Shown: positions 45,957-56,691 of the stretch, one piece after another
Layout: each line of letters begins with the position of its first letter
Position numbering within the stretch: the stretch's first letter is position 1
Origin: Lepidodermella squamata
Lineage: Eukaryota; Animalia; Gastrotricha
Direction of reading: 5' to 3'
DNA: 64,000 bases
NCBI GenBank assembly: GCA_047495785.1
Contig: JBLDXI010000033.1
Coordinates: 1 to 64,000, forward strand
Notes under the pieces: generated by a model
What the model saw: only the letters and a program-made list of their open reading frames with translations
The model's database searches: none
Told to the model about the DNA's origin: nothing
Made by a program: the position numbers and the translations under genes

Positions 45957-48401
45957 GAATTGTCTAAAAATTTGAAATCTCTGAGTTTGAACCCTCGCTC
46001 TCGTTAAACTGCTCTCCAACGAATTCTTTCATCTGTATGCTCTCCTTCACTGCGTTATCCTCACCGGGAACATGGATTCAACTAATCCCAGTCATTCAAT
46101 TGTACTTTGCTCAATGTTTTCAAAGAATTTTGTGAACAATTGAAATTTCAAAGTAACATCAAGGGTTCGAACCCAAGGTCACGTTAAACTGCTCTCCTAT
46201 GATTTCTGTCACCCTCGTGGTCTCGTTCTCGGCGTTTTCGTCATCCACGACATCGATTTGACTGTTATGGTCAAAGTAACCAAATTCGTTCGCAAACCAA
46301 GCATCACCGTTGTAAATATTAGCTGAAAATATTTCAGTTCGAACGTGTAGACGACGAACATCCCATATCTTGCGTCACACGCCGCGTTCACACGCGCATG
46401 ATTGAGGTTGGAACATTTCTTCTGCCACTTTGAGGTCTTCGACTTTAAAATGATAACCCTACCAGCAATCCGTGCTAACGATTCCGTCAGCCGGGAAAAG
46501 TTCATCTTTTTCGGACCTTCATCAGCAGGAACGATTACGTCTCATAAAAAACTAGTTGTTCCCTTCCACGGTCCCGTATATTTCGCGTTGCAGAGATTGT
46601 GGATGTTCCCCAGCCAAAATTGAGCTTTAAAGTACAAGTTCCAAACTGCCGTATCGCGCGGGATAATCACTGCAAAGGTTTACCTGCCATTCTCGTTATC
46701 ACTTCTAAATAAAGTAAAACAGTCTCGTATCAGTTTCGTTGATTTTCGATTTTCACTACATTTAAGGGAAATATATAGTTGGTGCTTGACGTACCGAAAA
46801 ATGAGTGTGTAGTCTGATTCAATGTTAGGGTTCGTGTTGTTCGCTTTTAGAGCGGCGTCCTTTTCAAGCTTCACTTTCCGCCCCGTTCACTTTCAAAGGA
46901 AGGTCGAGGGTTCGAACCCAAGCTGTCGTTGAACTGCTCTCTAATGATTTCTGTCAACATGTTCTCGCTGTTGGCGATATTTCGTCATCGACTTCAATTC
47001 AACTTCAATTCAATCCTTGTCATTCAATTGTAACCTCAACAATTTGTTTTTCTAGAAATGACCGAAACTTCGGATAGTCGTTGGTTCGAACCCAAACCCT
47101 CGTTCAACTGCTCAGCAACGATTTCTTTCATCCGTATGCTCTCAATCTTGGCGTTAACGTCGTTACCGAAATCGATTTACCTTGTACATGTTATTCAATC
47201 GCACCCTGCTTGAATTATTATGACAATTTTTTGAAAATTTGAAAGTTAAAAGGTCGAGGTTTCGAACCCAAGCTTTTGTTGAACTGCTTTGTGATGATTT
47301 CGTTCACCTTCATGCAGCCAGAAGCTCTTGACGTCTAAATGCTGTCGTTTTCGGCGTCAACGTCATTACCGAGATCGATTTAGTTTGTACATATCATTCA
47401 ATCGCTCCCTCCTTCAATTTTTATAACAATTTTCTGAAAATTTGGAATTTTAAAGGAACGGCAAGGGTTCGAACCCAAGCTGACGTTCAGCCGCTCTCCA
47501 AGGAATTCTTGCATCCGTATGCTCTCGTTCTCGGCGTTTTCGTCATCAGCAACATCGATTCAACTTATCCTTGTCATTCAATTGTATCCTGATCAATTAT
47601 TTTTAATTTGTTTACCAAAATTTGAAATTCAAAAAGAAGACCGATTGTTTGTTACAACAACCTCTCGAAACTTCGAAACTTCAGCTCAAACCTTCTTTTT
47701 TGTTCTTTTTGCGTTCTCGTCATCAGTGAGATCGATTCTACCAATTCATGTCATTCAATTGTTACCCCGATTAATTTTTACAACAACCTCTCGAAACTTT
47801 GAAACTTCAGCTCAAACCTTCTTGTTTCGTTCTTTCCGTTCTCTTCATCAGTGAGATCGATTCTCCCAATTCATGTCATTCAATTGTTACCCCGATTAAT
47901 TGTTACAACAACCTCTCAAAACTTCGAATCTTCAAAACATGGTCGTGGGTTCGAACCCGATCTCTCTTTTTTCTACTATTCAAACTGTTCTTTAACCTTA
48001 ACGCATTCGTTCTTGGCGTTTTGGTCATCAGCTACATCGATTCTACTAATCCATGTCATTCAATTGTTAACCTGATTTTACAACTTTGAAATTTTACATC
48101 TTCTCGAAATAACAATACATTAACAATAATAGGAATTTACAATCAGCTACATCGATTCTACTAATCCATGTCACTCAATTGTTAACCCGATTTTACAACA
48201 TCTTCTCGAAACTTTGAAATTTTATGAAAGCGAATAAATGTTCAACTACTCTTTAACGTGCATTCTTCTCAAAATATTTTCCTAGCCATTCAATAATACG
48301 TTGGAAGGTTCCTGAGCGAACCCGAAATTACTGCTTATCTATCAAGACCTAATCCGAAGAACATTCTAATTTACAATTAAATTTCAAATGTCATCAGCAT
48401 T

Positions 48402-48976
48402 GGGGTGAGGGGGAAGCACCGTCCCCTCCAACGACGTGGAGGGGATCTCCAAGGGGTGGTTCGAGTCCTTACCCATTACCCAGGAGAGTAGAGAAAAGAA
48501 AGAAAAGGCTAGCGCAGCGTTAGCCTTGTGGAACTCTCCTGGATGGGGGCGCGCGACAGATGGCCGAAGGCCATCCTCCTAGGGACCGAAGGTCCCCCAC
48601 ACCTATCAATACTGCGCTATTAACAACCGACAACAGGAGGGGTAGTGTACAAAAATTGGCCCGTTTGACCGAGTTGACTAGCAAGGAAAACTCCGATTGG
48701 GTTGATTTTTTTTTTGTAGGATCCCTAACCCTTTGGGACCTCCCACAACTCTTTTCAGAATGATCGGAGCTTCCGACTATTTTTGGCGAATTATGCTAAT
48801 TTTGCTCTATGAGCAACTCATTTGCATATGCAAATTAGCTTGGAGGTAGTATACCATAGGGCAGTAGGAGGATACGATGTGTACTCCGAAAAACGAAGCA
48901 TGCTTTGCTAATCTTCTGAGACTTTCTACAGAAGCCAGCCACCGAGCTGGCCCCTCGCCCCTGGGGGAGAGGGGCC
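48402..48976 (+). other. Junction module, copy 4 (upstream of the RepHel gene)
   Basis: Identical to copy 1 up to GGGGGCGCG (48553), then diverged but homologous; hairpin at 48949-48976. Confidence 0.85.
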
Positions 48977-51900
48977 GACAAAAAATATGTGATCTCTTGG
49001 CCTGTTCTGTTGGCTTGCCCCGCCCGAAAACGCCTCGCACTCTTAAAAAGCCCAATCTTGCCACAACCATTTGGCGTTTCACAGGCGGAGAGGATGTTGT
49101 TTCTGATGTTGTTGTTCGTCTTGTCAAGTTCATACTTGCGGTCGCCGTCCCAGTTGTCGACGCAGAACTGGGTATGAACGGATCTGAATCGCTAACGGTG
49201 TTGCGAGGTCGTGTTAACAATCCGCTAACAATGCAGCTGAGAAATTCCGGTAAGATAATGGTTTCATCTACGTCTCACCATTATGGAATAAATATATCTA
49301 GTTGCTGGAGTCTGCGTTTCAGTTGATGGCAATGAGCAGCTGCTGTCTGGCTACGTGTCAACAAAGGAGCTCCTACTTTGTCAAGTCGGGGCCGGTAGCC
49401 TGATCAAATGGCACAATCTTCCCAGTGACATTCGAGGCATTCATCATCTTGTCCTTGTTGTCGTGGAACACGGTCACAAAATCTACGTCTTATCCCGCTG
49501 GTCCGGGACCTTTTCCGGCTGGTGGACGATTAAGCCGAACGGTCAAGTTCTTCGGGACGTCGCTGATTACTTCAAGCGGTCAGTTCTTCGCTTTGCGCTA
49601 TATGCCAAGTCAGGTGATCAACAATTCTGGAACGAAGCGGTTCGCGAATCGCTAGGTGGGCAAAGCAAGGCTGCTTGCGCCGATCACTTCCAGGAGGATA
49701 GCTTTAAATTCAGCCTCATCAAGGTCCCGGCAAAGCACAAGGTCAAGTGCTGCAATCGCTTACTGAGTGGCATTCAATGTGGCAAGGTTGCTTACTGGCG
49801 ATGTCCACATGGCTTGGATAACAATAACTTGAGCTGCACAGTTGGGGTTTGTCCTCAGTGCTGGAAACGGTTGCCGTCCGATGTGGTCACCAAGATCGAT
49901 CAACCTGGTTTTCTGCCAGTAATCCCCGAACAGGAGGAGGCGGAGTCTGACTCAACCAGTTCAGCTTCATCACGGCGAGAAAGCTTCGGTGAATTGCCAT
50001 TTATTGAAGGAGATGGTGCATCTTCATCTTCATCTGAATCGGATCGCGGCGATCTCTTTCCGCAAGCTGATGCGGTTCCAATGTATGACCCAACCAAAGG
50101 TATTCTGGCCAAGTACCTCTGGGATCATTTGAGCATCTTGCACCGTAACAAGCTCAAACGCGACTCCGCCCAGAGGTCTTTCTTGCTGCAGCAGCTGGTT
50201 TCTACTGGCGATGCGCCTGCAGCATCGATACTTTATCCCGAAGGCGCACTCTTTCCGTCGCTTTGCTTTGCGCAGAGAGAGGGCAGCGTGATTGGGGCCA
50301 TCCCTTTCCACCACTACAGTTCTGCTGTCTCAAATCATCCCGGTGGCATCGCGTCGCTCTCGGCTCACGCGAAAATTCGCCTTCGCAACATTTTCCTAGC
50401 TTCCAGCTGGTCTTTTGGAGCTATTTCCTTCTACCATGATGTTGCGGTCATGGTAAAGCTCAACTGCAATAGCACCACCAGCTTCTTGCGTTACGGAAGC
50501 GAGGCCTTCGTCGACAAGGGCGCTTTGGCGTATTCACAGCAAGGGTCTGCCCTCGAATACGATGAATTCGACTCCATGGGTAAGCTGAAAGAGATCAGTG
50601 TCATGGTGAAGCACGAGCCCTGGAATCTTTTCGGGACCGTCACTTGTAGTGATACAGGTATATAGTAGTTTTATTATTCGCAGGATAAATTATTCATAGA
50701 GCCTTAAGCCAATTTCACTGTTCTTCTATGGTTAAGGAAAGTTACGATATCTCAATACGTTGGGAACTAAATGACTCAGGCTTATATTTTCCTGTGATTA
50801 ACGTTGCATTCTCTCTATAATTTCCACTTAATTTGTTTCTAGGAACGCCCGGTGTTTGCCAGATAATTAAGGCGCTCATGATCAACGCTCAGCTACATCA
50901 GGGTCCTGAACCCGTCTTGAACAAGGCAGATTATAAGCGGTCGCCTTGGCAAATGTTGCAGCTGCAACAATCACTTGATCCGGTGAAGTACAAGCGCCTT
51001 TACAATGCATATTCTGTCTTCATCAACATGGCATGGCAGCGAACCCAGCATCACCTCATTGAGCTACTGAAGCGTACCAACCTGGTCGGTAACATCTCAA
51101 CCATATTTGTTCGGAACGAATTTCAAAGCGAGGACGCAATCGGGAACAAGAGCCATCTGCATATGGGCATTCATGTCACGGATGCTCCCGATACTATCAT
51201 CAGCAAGATTTGTTGCGATCCCTGTGAGTTCTTCTCTGAGCAGTATGGCACCGACTATGAGTCGCTCAGGCGCCTGGGTTTCGTGCAGACTTTTGACCAC
51301 TTCCTGCTAATGCAGGAGTACCATCGACCGCTTATTCGCCACTCATGCGAAAGTGCCAGGTTCAAATGCATGGTTCCTCGCGGTGAAAACGGCGAGATGA
51401 TTTGCCGCGTTCGGAAGCACGGTGTATCCTCCGTTGATTACTTCGAGCCGAAGAAGAACCTGTATTCCGAGGAAACTTGCGATGAGTTCGAGACCTTGGG
51501 CCTAGCACGTCGTGTTGCTACAAACGACCCCAACGGGCCTGACACTGAGTGGGACATTCTGCCGGATGCTCTCCGAGCTGGAGCGTATCATTACGCTATA
51601 AAACACCTTGAGAAGGACGTAACGTTCCTGCCGAGTATTCCCATCGTTTCCGTAATGATGGGTTCTTCAACAAACTGGCAACGATGCGACAACCGGTTCA
51701 GTGCTTCATATCTCACCAGCTACTCTGTCGGCTCTGAACCACGTGGTTACGTGTTTTTTGCGGGAACCGATGTGCCTGGTCAGGTTGTTGCTCAATTCCC
51801 AGCTGGCATCGAGAGGAACCAAAAGCTGCCTAGTGTTCGGTAACACATATTTTTTCATTTTAGAGTTCTTGTACAAGTAATTCGTTAAATTTAGTAAACT

Positions 51901-54900
51901 GATGGAGAAACAGTTGAAGCAAGTAAGTCAGGATGTCAAGCAACGCTGCCTTTTCATTGCGTTCACTGAAGTTATATGGTTTACGCTCGGTTACCCTTAC
52001 ACACTTTGTAATGTGTCATTCGTTCACGTCAACACGCACCCACCAGCTATGCGCTTCATGTACTGGCGACAAAATGCCCAAACTCCCGGTCGCTTGCAAC
52101 CCGGCTCAGATGAAAGTGTGTTTGACCCAAATCGGAAGCGGAGAAATCTACCCTTGTGGCGACAGCACAGTGCTATGTCCATCTTTTTGGCATCGCATGT
52201 TCGAGGCTCGACGTTGAGTCCTGGAAAGATGGAGAGATTCGATATTCGATTCCCGGAGGGGCGGATTTTCACCAGCATTGCGCTGTTTTTCTCAATCTTC
52301 GTCGCAGCTACAGGGTACCGCAGGCCGTATGATCCTGAAAGGGACACGATGATTCGGTTCTTCGATCCGCTCGGAAAAGAGTACCTCATTTGGGATTGTT
52401 CGTTGCATCTCGCCATGCAATTTCTCGAACAGCAGGACCCTGCTGATCCTGCCGTGCAAGCCCTAATGAACATTTTCGAGAACCTCATCGAAGGCAATCC
52501 TGCTTATACCGCCTTGTGAGTTTCACCACATTAAGTACTTGCAACGATTTGCTATAACCTTTTCATTTCCTCCCATGTAAGGTACTTGAAAGTTTCTAAC
52601 CAAGCCGCGGTTTTGCCAGTGTTATCGTCAACAACTCCCAATCATCGCTTTTTCTTCCTGTATCATGTCGTACTCTCTTTGGGAAAAATTGATAGCGAAG
52701 CTCAGATCTTCCAGGCTGGTCACCTCCGTGAAGCTTTCGTCCGAGCTCAGCTGATTCGTGTGGACCCAGTGACTAACGAGCCGACTCACCTGGAACAGGA
52801 TGTCAATGCGATGAAAAGGCGAATTATCTTGGAACAGTTTGCTTGGTTACCGGTGCCGGTCAAGAAATTCGAATTTCACGTACGCCAGCTGAGAGACTTG
52901 TTTCACGAGTTCTTCTTTGGCGATGGTGGAACCGACGACTTCTCGCCGGTTACTGATCGTACAGCAATCCAGTACGAGATGGACGAGGACATTCGCCTAG
53001 CCGAAGATGACATCAAGTCGACGCTATTGAAATCGCTGTATTCGCAGCTGGAGAACAAGCTTCCATTGCCGCCGATAGTTGACCTTCAGCGATCAACGCA
53101 GGCCGAGCCCATCGACTGGCAACCTCAGCTTCAGCGTCAACCTGGCCAAACCGACGAATCCTTGGCAGAGCAGGCAAAAACGCTTACCTATGGCCTTGAA
53201 AGCCTCGATAGGTTTCAGAAAAACGTGTCACCAACAAACCATTTAGCTTTGGTGGGGCCTCCTGGTGCAGGAAAAACAACCCTGGCTCAAATCCTTGCTC
53301 TGGCAGCTATCGGTCGAGGCCTAACCGTCGCTCTAACTGCCCTGACTTCAGAAAGGGCTAGATCGCTAGGTGGACGTCATCTCAATCTCATGTTTCCACT
53401 GCCAGTTACTGAGTCACCTTACAGATCGAGTCTTGCTTATACTGACTACTGTCTTCGCGGTTTGGCTTCGAAAACGAAATTGTCAGTACTTCTGTACAGA
53501 ACAGATGTCATCATTCTCGAAGAAATTGGTCTGGTTTCGTCTGAAACGCTCGAGGTCATCGACCTTGTCATGAGAACCCTGACAGGTTTGTTAATTTCAT
53601 TATAAGTTCTGAAAGTACCTCTCCAACCTATTCTAGGATTGAATGCGAAAATGGGCGGTAAATTGATAATCGCCACCGGTGACTACAGCCAGCTCAAGTG
53701 TATTGATGGCCGGTCGTTTTGGGAGTCAACGCAGCTATACTTGTGCTATGACGTTGCACTACTGAAGCATTTTGTTCGAGCCGCACAGGATCAACTGCTA
53801 CAGCAAGCCCTAAATGTTCTGCGCCAATCAGTATTGGATGAAGCGGATCGCCGCCTGGTCGTTGAGGCAGTCAGCGCCTGCTGCAAGTTCTATAATGACT
53901 GGTCGGATGTGCCTTTTGATGTGCAGCGTCTCGTGCCTACTCGCAGAGCCGAACAAGAAGTCATACACAATTTTCTGGCTGCATCGGAGCGCAGCGGCAA
54001 GGTCATGCTGTCAGCTGATGCTCGGGACGAAGTTCAACGTCAAGGCATATGGGTGGCTACGCTTCGTGGCGATCACAAAAACTACCTTGATCGACTAACG
54101 CTGAAGCCGCAAAAACTCACGCTTTTTGTTGGGGCAGTCGTCTGCATGACGTACAACTTCAATGCTTCGACACCCGCCAGTTCCTTCTCACAAGGTCAAC
54201 TTGCAATTGTTGAAAAACTGCCCGCGGATCTGAATGCAGATGGTGCGAAAATCGTTCTCAAGCTTGTTCCGCCTGGTAGTCGCGACATTGAACATAGCTC
54301 TGGTTGGACAACAATCACAGTTGGTCGCCATGACGAAGACAATGTCGTTTTCGGCGAAACGAAGCAGCATCTTAGGCGTGTTCAATTTGGCATTCGCCAC
54401 TATATCGCGTCGACCATCCACCGCATTATGGGTTCAACGTGTGAAAACGGTGTAGCTGTCAAGATTTCTCATGCAGAAAAAGGTTACATCCTTTGGGAAC
54501 GGGCTCAGCTGACAGTTATACTGTCGAGATGTCGGTCGCTTGAAATGGTGGCGTTTGTCGGCTCCGAGGACGAGGTTCTTTTGGCTATTAATCAATTGCT
54601 CATCCTGCAGGACGAGGAATATGCTCGAATCGTTCGAAACCTGCTTAGAATCAATGTCCTTCGGGATGGCTTTGTCCGCGGATCGCGGATTGTTTGGCAT
54701 CGAGCACGCCCGGAAGCTTTCGCGCCGCCAAGCCAAGAAAATATCAACTACGCTACTTTTCCGTGAGTCACTCTATCTGTTTCCATTTTCAGCTTCAAGT
54801 ATAACATTACTTAGCATCAACCTCTTGTCAACGCAGCCGGCAACTGCTAACCCTCAGCTTGCTCCTCTTCCTGGGACATCAACCCCATCTACCAGCCGAC

Positions 54901-56320
54901 GACCTCTGAATCCCGGTGCGATTTTACCAGCGGCGCCTCGTGTGGTTACAGGTCTATTTCAACCAATCGGTCCCGCCCATTTTGAGGATGAACCATTTGG
55001 ATTTGTGTACCATATCGTTTCGCTCAGCCGACCTTGGCACAGCTATTACGGAGAAACCACGTATTCCCCGATCAAACGCTTGTCTGAACACAATAACAGT
55101 ATGATGTTAATGTAAGTTATATCTCTCTTCATTATCCGTCTTTTAATTAGATGCGGGGGCTGTCATGACTCGTGGCGACCAGTGGCTGCTCTACGCAGTC
55201 GTCTCCCAGCTGTCAAGTCGGCGAGAGCGGATGTATCTCGAGGCAGAAATGCATCGAATACTTCGCCGGTATCCCCGAATTTTGCCATGGCAATTGCGAG
55301 CGCGACTATTCAACGTCGTGGCCAACTGGCAAATGTACAACCGGAGTGCCGCAGTTGTCATCCACATGAGTGACCTCAATGAAGGCGAAGTTCGGCGACG
55401 CCTTACAGCTCGAGCAGCGTTAAGGAATGGTGATCTGCCAGGTTTGTGCCGAAAGCTATTTATATCTTTTATCACTGAATTTACTGTTTACGTTTGTTAA
55501 CCCAAATGAAGAGAGCGATTTCCTTGATGGCATTAATCGCCCGGTTGGTTGCGTTACAACCGGGGATCCAAACGCGCCAGGTGAATTTATTAACTGTCAA
55601 ATTATTTGCTAATTTTTTATTTGTAAACAGCTGATTGTCCGCCAGAACTTTTCCAAATGCCACTTACCCTCGCGGATGTCTTGTCGCTGCAACCGGCGCC
55701 CATTCCGCGGCAACGCCAACCTCAGCCGCTAATTCTACCAGTGCAGGAAGACAGGTGCCACTGTGGCGAGGAGATTTTCGGAGCGTGCTGCTGCGCTTAC
55801 CATCAGGCGCACTTTCCGGAGCTGCTATGCCACGACCACTTCATGGCCAGCCAGTGCAGCGCTCCGCAGGAGGAAAACACGCAAGCATAAATCTTCCAAA
55901 CAAGTCGCTACTAATGGTGTCATCATTAGGGCCCGGTATCGCCCCTATCCGGGGTCACAAGTACCTCGCGTATTTGTTGACCACCACCGAGTAGACACAC
56001 CACGGTGCATGTCTATGAAGGGAGGGGCCCTTTCTTCAAAAACACACAAATGCCGGTATTAAAGGTATTGATTGATTCATTTATTTTTACTTACACATTT
56101 TACTTACAAGGACTTACACATCTATATTCATTCTCTGTTTAAACTTTTTCGGGGTGAGGGGGATTCACATCCCCTCCAATGACCTGGAGGGGATCACTCA
56201 TAGGGGTGGTTCGAGTTATTACGCCGTGCGCAGCACCCAGAAGAATAGAGAAAGAAATACACGAAAAGGCTCCGCGCAGCGGACATCCTCTCGTCGCATC
56301 GTTCTGGATGAGTGGCGCCG
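48554..56320 (+). mobile_element. Candidate autonomous Helitron-like rolling-circle element (exact ends inferred)
   Basis: RepHel-GIY-YIG gene bracketed by junction modules 4 and 5 in direct orientation; no TSD seen. Confidence 0.7.
48877..55890 (+). CDS. Helitron-like RepHel: Zn finger + HUH(Y2) Rep + Pif1/SF1B helicase + GIY-YIG endonuclease + Cys/His tail; 10 exons, ~2126 aa (start uncertain)
   Basis: Exons 48877-49249, 49302-50657, 50843-51839, 51895-52515, 52582-53585, 53637-54762, 54815-55098, 55151-55441, 55512-55580, 55631-55890 splice into one open frame. Rep: PWNLFGTVT, RNEFQ..GNKSHLH, YLTSY. Helicase: GPPGAGKTT, LEEIG, GDYSQL, RVQF..STIH..G, QLTVILSR. GIY-YIG: GFVYHI..YYGET..RLSEHN..W.L..LE. 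Confidence 0.88.
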
Positions 56321-56691
56321 AAAAAAAAACATTTGCCGGAGGCAACAATAAAAAATTCCAAACCCGCCTTTACCTTTTCGACATAACGTAGTAAAACACC
56401 CCCCTTGAACAGCATCTAAGCAACTGTAAGGCCCACGTCCTCGAGCTTGGTGTCATTCGATAGCCCGTCATTTCAATATGCCAGCAAACCTTTTTCAGCC
56501 AGTTCGGGTGATTTTCCTATTTTTGGTGAATTTTTGAATAATTTATCGAAGTTGTTGCTGTTGTCGATCGATTGGAAAAAATCGATAATCGATAACAAAT
56601 TATAGGAGGATAGAGGTGGGCGCTTAAAAAATGAGGCTTGAGAAAAATAACGTTGCCTAACGCTGCCCTCCCCCATGCGGTGGGGGAGGGC
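56151..56691 (+). other. Junction module, copy 5 (strongly diverged, structure conserved)
   Basis: GGGGTGAGGGGG, CCCCTCCA/TGGAGGGG, AGGGGTGGTTCGAGT, CCAGAA/TTCTGG, TCCGC-GCA-GCGGA, TTGCC-GGA-GGCAA, TAGGAGGATA and an 11-bp GC hairpin at 56665-56691. Confidence 0.8.

Larger units (their letters stand above)
41379..48553. repeat. Right part of the satellite-filled non-autonomous unit array
   Basis: Same monomers as 10251-16945. ~42010-42682 matches 13285-13957, ~46360-47430 matches ~15867-16910, and 47316-48553 matches 10251-11488. Confidence 0.9.

Noticed and set aside
55891-56150. Fanzor/TnpB gene at the 3' end of the Helitron-like element
   Set aside because: No RuvC-like ORF is visible; the only accessory nuclease seen is GIY-YIG.
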